A DNA stretch of 63,925 nucleotides, filler included, from Folioceros fuciformis (Eukaryota), in NCBI GenBank assembly GCA_049999805.1. It is 10 parts of 10 records of this genome, joined end to end, with 100 filler letters (N's around TTAATTAATTAA, not from the genome) between each part and the next. Parts side by side here need not be neighbours in the genome. Positions count along the whole stretch, not along the records: positions 61,086 to 63,925 come from JBNGIO010003904.1; 9 more parts are not named here. One strand, 5' to 3'. Every line of letters begins with the position of its first letter. Position 1 is the first letter of the stretch. Below are positions 62,140 to 63,925 of the stretch, piece after piece. The notes beneath the pieces were generated by a model. The model worked only from the letters and a program-made list of their open reading frames with translations, ran no database searches and was not told the origin of the DNA. The translations under genes and the position numbers were made by a program.

Positions 62140-63190
62140 ATGGCGGAAGTGCTCTTCTTGAAGCAGGCGGGCACGTATGCCGTGAGCAGGCCCACCTACC
62201 CCCCGGCGCTCTTCGCCTTCCTGTCCAGTTTCACGTCGGAACACAAGCTCGCCTGGGATGTAGGCACGGGCAACGGGCAGGCCGCGTCTGGGGTATGGAT
62301 CCTCTCGTCTAGTGTCTCCTGTCTCTTGTGTCGCCGAGCTCGTTCGCAATGTGACTCCCTTCCCCCTTCTCCTCCTCCTCCTGCAGGTGGCGGAACACTA
62401 CGAGAAGGTGATCGCAACGGACGTGAGCAACCCGCAGCTTTGTCACGCGCGGAAGCTTCCCAATGTGACCTACGTCCTGACGCCCCCGGTGATGACCATG
62501 GAGGAGCTGCACGCCACCGTGGGGCCGCAGGGATCAGTAGACCTGGTGACCGTGGCGCAGGCTCTGCACTGGTTCGATCTGGACACCTTCTACGCGCAAG
62601 TGAAGCTCGTCCTCCGCCAGCCCGGCGGCATCATCGCGGCCTGGAGCTACAAGCTCCCCGTCGTGACCCCCGCCGTGGACGCCGTCCTCACCGCCTTCTA
62701 CAAGGTGACCGACCCCTTCTGGGCGCCCGAGCGCAAGCTGGTGGACGAAGACTACACCACTATCGATTTCCCCTTCGACCCTGTGCTCCAAGACGGCCGC
62801 GGCGTCGGCCCCATCCGCGACTTCGCCTGCGTCAAGGAGCTGTGCCTGGAGGAGTACCTCATGTACCTCAGGTCCTGGTCCTCGGTGCAGTCCGCCCTGG
62901 ACCAGAACGTCACCCTCCTCACCGGCCGCGTCCTCAAGGACTTCACGGACGCCTGGGGCGAGCCCCTAGAGCGCCGCCCCGTCAGGTGGGACATCGTCCT
63001 GCTCCTGGGCAAGCCCCCCGTCGACGCCCTGGAGGAAGAGGAGGAAGAGGAGGAAGAGGCGGAGGACGAAGAGGAGGAGGACGGCGTGCAAGACACCGGG
63101 GCAGAAACCGACGCCGTTGCTGCAGCCGAGGGAAACGTCGATGTGCGGTATCCTTCTCCTGCTCCTAACCCTAACCACCACCAAGAATGA
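62140..63190 (+). CDS. SAM-dependent methyltransferase (Methyltransf_11, embryo-abundant-protein-like), join(62140..62292,62387..63190), with an acidic tail
   Basis: FLKQAGTYAVSRPTYP, AWDVGTGNGQAA and VDLVTVAQALHWFD. A 94-nt GT-AG intron joins the two ORF-track frames. Confidence 0.92.
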
Positions 63191-63588
63191 GACAACAAAC
63201 AACAAAACAGCCTGAGCGTGAATTGTTGAAAATATATGGAGTCACGATTCTTCTCATAAACATCCTAACACAGCCTTGAACTCAGCTTGGCTTGGCCGGG
63301 CCTGATGTCGACTACTCGAAGCTCGTCATCACGAATGCGCGTCGATGGTGACTGGGCCAGGACCTTACGCTCCGATCTCTATCCACCATTGCATATGAGC
63401 CTGCAAGCGACAGTGTGGTAGGTGGCCCGTTACTCACTGGCCACTCCCGAACAAGAATTGTATAAGCAAATCGATGGCAGCAGCGGCAGCTGGTTGCAAC
63501 CTTCAGGAGTTTGACAGTGTGCTTTCGCATTGGAATGTAGAAGACGCTTGAAGGCGTCGGACCTGCATCCTCTACCTAGCATTGTGCG

Positions 63589-63925
63589 ATGAAGATGTTG
63601 GATTGGAATGCGCTTGCAATTTGCTCCCTCAAGCTGCTGCTGCTACTGCTCATGGTGGTCATGGCGGAGCATCTCAATGTGTGCAGGGGAGCGGACGTGT
63701 GGGTGACGTACGCGGACCAGACCCGGCTGCTCTCCTACGATGGCTCGTACGACTTCGCACCCGATTCGGACGTGACGTCTTCGAGCATTGTGGTGAACGA
63801 GAGCAACACGTACCAATCCATGGCGGGGTTCGGGGCGGCGATCACTGATTCCGCAGCCTGGCTCATCAGCATCCTGCCAGGGGTGGATCGTGGGGAGGTG
63901 ATGCAGCGGCTGTTCGGGTACGGGG
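63589..63925 (+). CDS. Secreted glycoside hydrolase family 30 (glucosylceramidase/beta-1,6-glucanase-like), 5' partial, running off the window
   Basis: My translation (not in the ORF track): signal-peptide-like MKMLDWNALAICSLKLLLLLLMVVMA, then DVWVT...IVVNESNTYQSMAGFGAAITDSAAWLI...EVMQRLFG, the GH30 N-terminal signature. Confidence 0.78.
   Translation, partial: MKMLDWNALAICSLKLLLLLLMVVMAEHLNVCRGADVWVTYADQTRLLSYDGSYDFAPDSDVTSSSIVVNESNTYQSMAGFGAAITDSAAWLISILPGVDRGEVMQRLFGYG

Noticed and set aside
62140-63168. 342-aa unspliced ORF from the track
   Set aside because: It reads through the 62293-62386 intron into the wrong frame; the spliced model restores the family motifs.

Overview
Eukaryotic nuclear DNA, most likely from a non-seed land plant (spliceosomal GT-AG introns of 60-165 nt, plant-type genes, GC-rich coding regions); the species cannot be determined from sequence alone. 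The window is not one continuous locus. It is ten assembly pieces joined by artificial 100-nt spacers (N-run, TTAATTAATTAA, N-run), with further internal N gaps. Most of it is nested, decayed retroelement DNA: about a dozen Ty1/copia fragments, Ty3/gypsy fragments and LTRs, and LINE fragments. There are two host gene islands. At 9.3-17.1 kb lie an intronless cyanobacterial-type Ser/Thr kinase, an intronless GRAB-domain golgin (GC3/GC4-like) and an 8-exon organellar threonyl-tRNA synthetase. At 62.1-63.9 kb lie a SAM methyltransferase and the 5' part of a secreted GH30 glycoside hydrolase. The most unusual observations are: (1) two diverged, decayed copies of a prokaryote-type beta-class N4C/N6A DNA methyltransferase; (2) a conserved coiled-coil extra ORF, found in three separate pieces and lying upstream of copia gag in two of them; (3) a gypsy integrase ending in a PHD finger; (4) a covarying hairpin/pseudoknot module at the terminus of a diverged LTR-like family; (5) a spliced antisense zinc-finger ORF directly behind a copia pol. 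All family assignments are by-eye motif recognition; no database searches were run.
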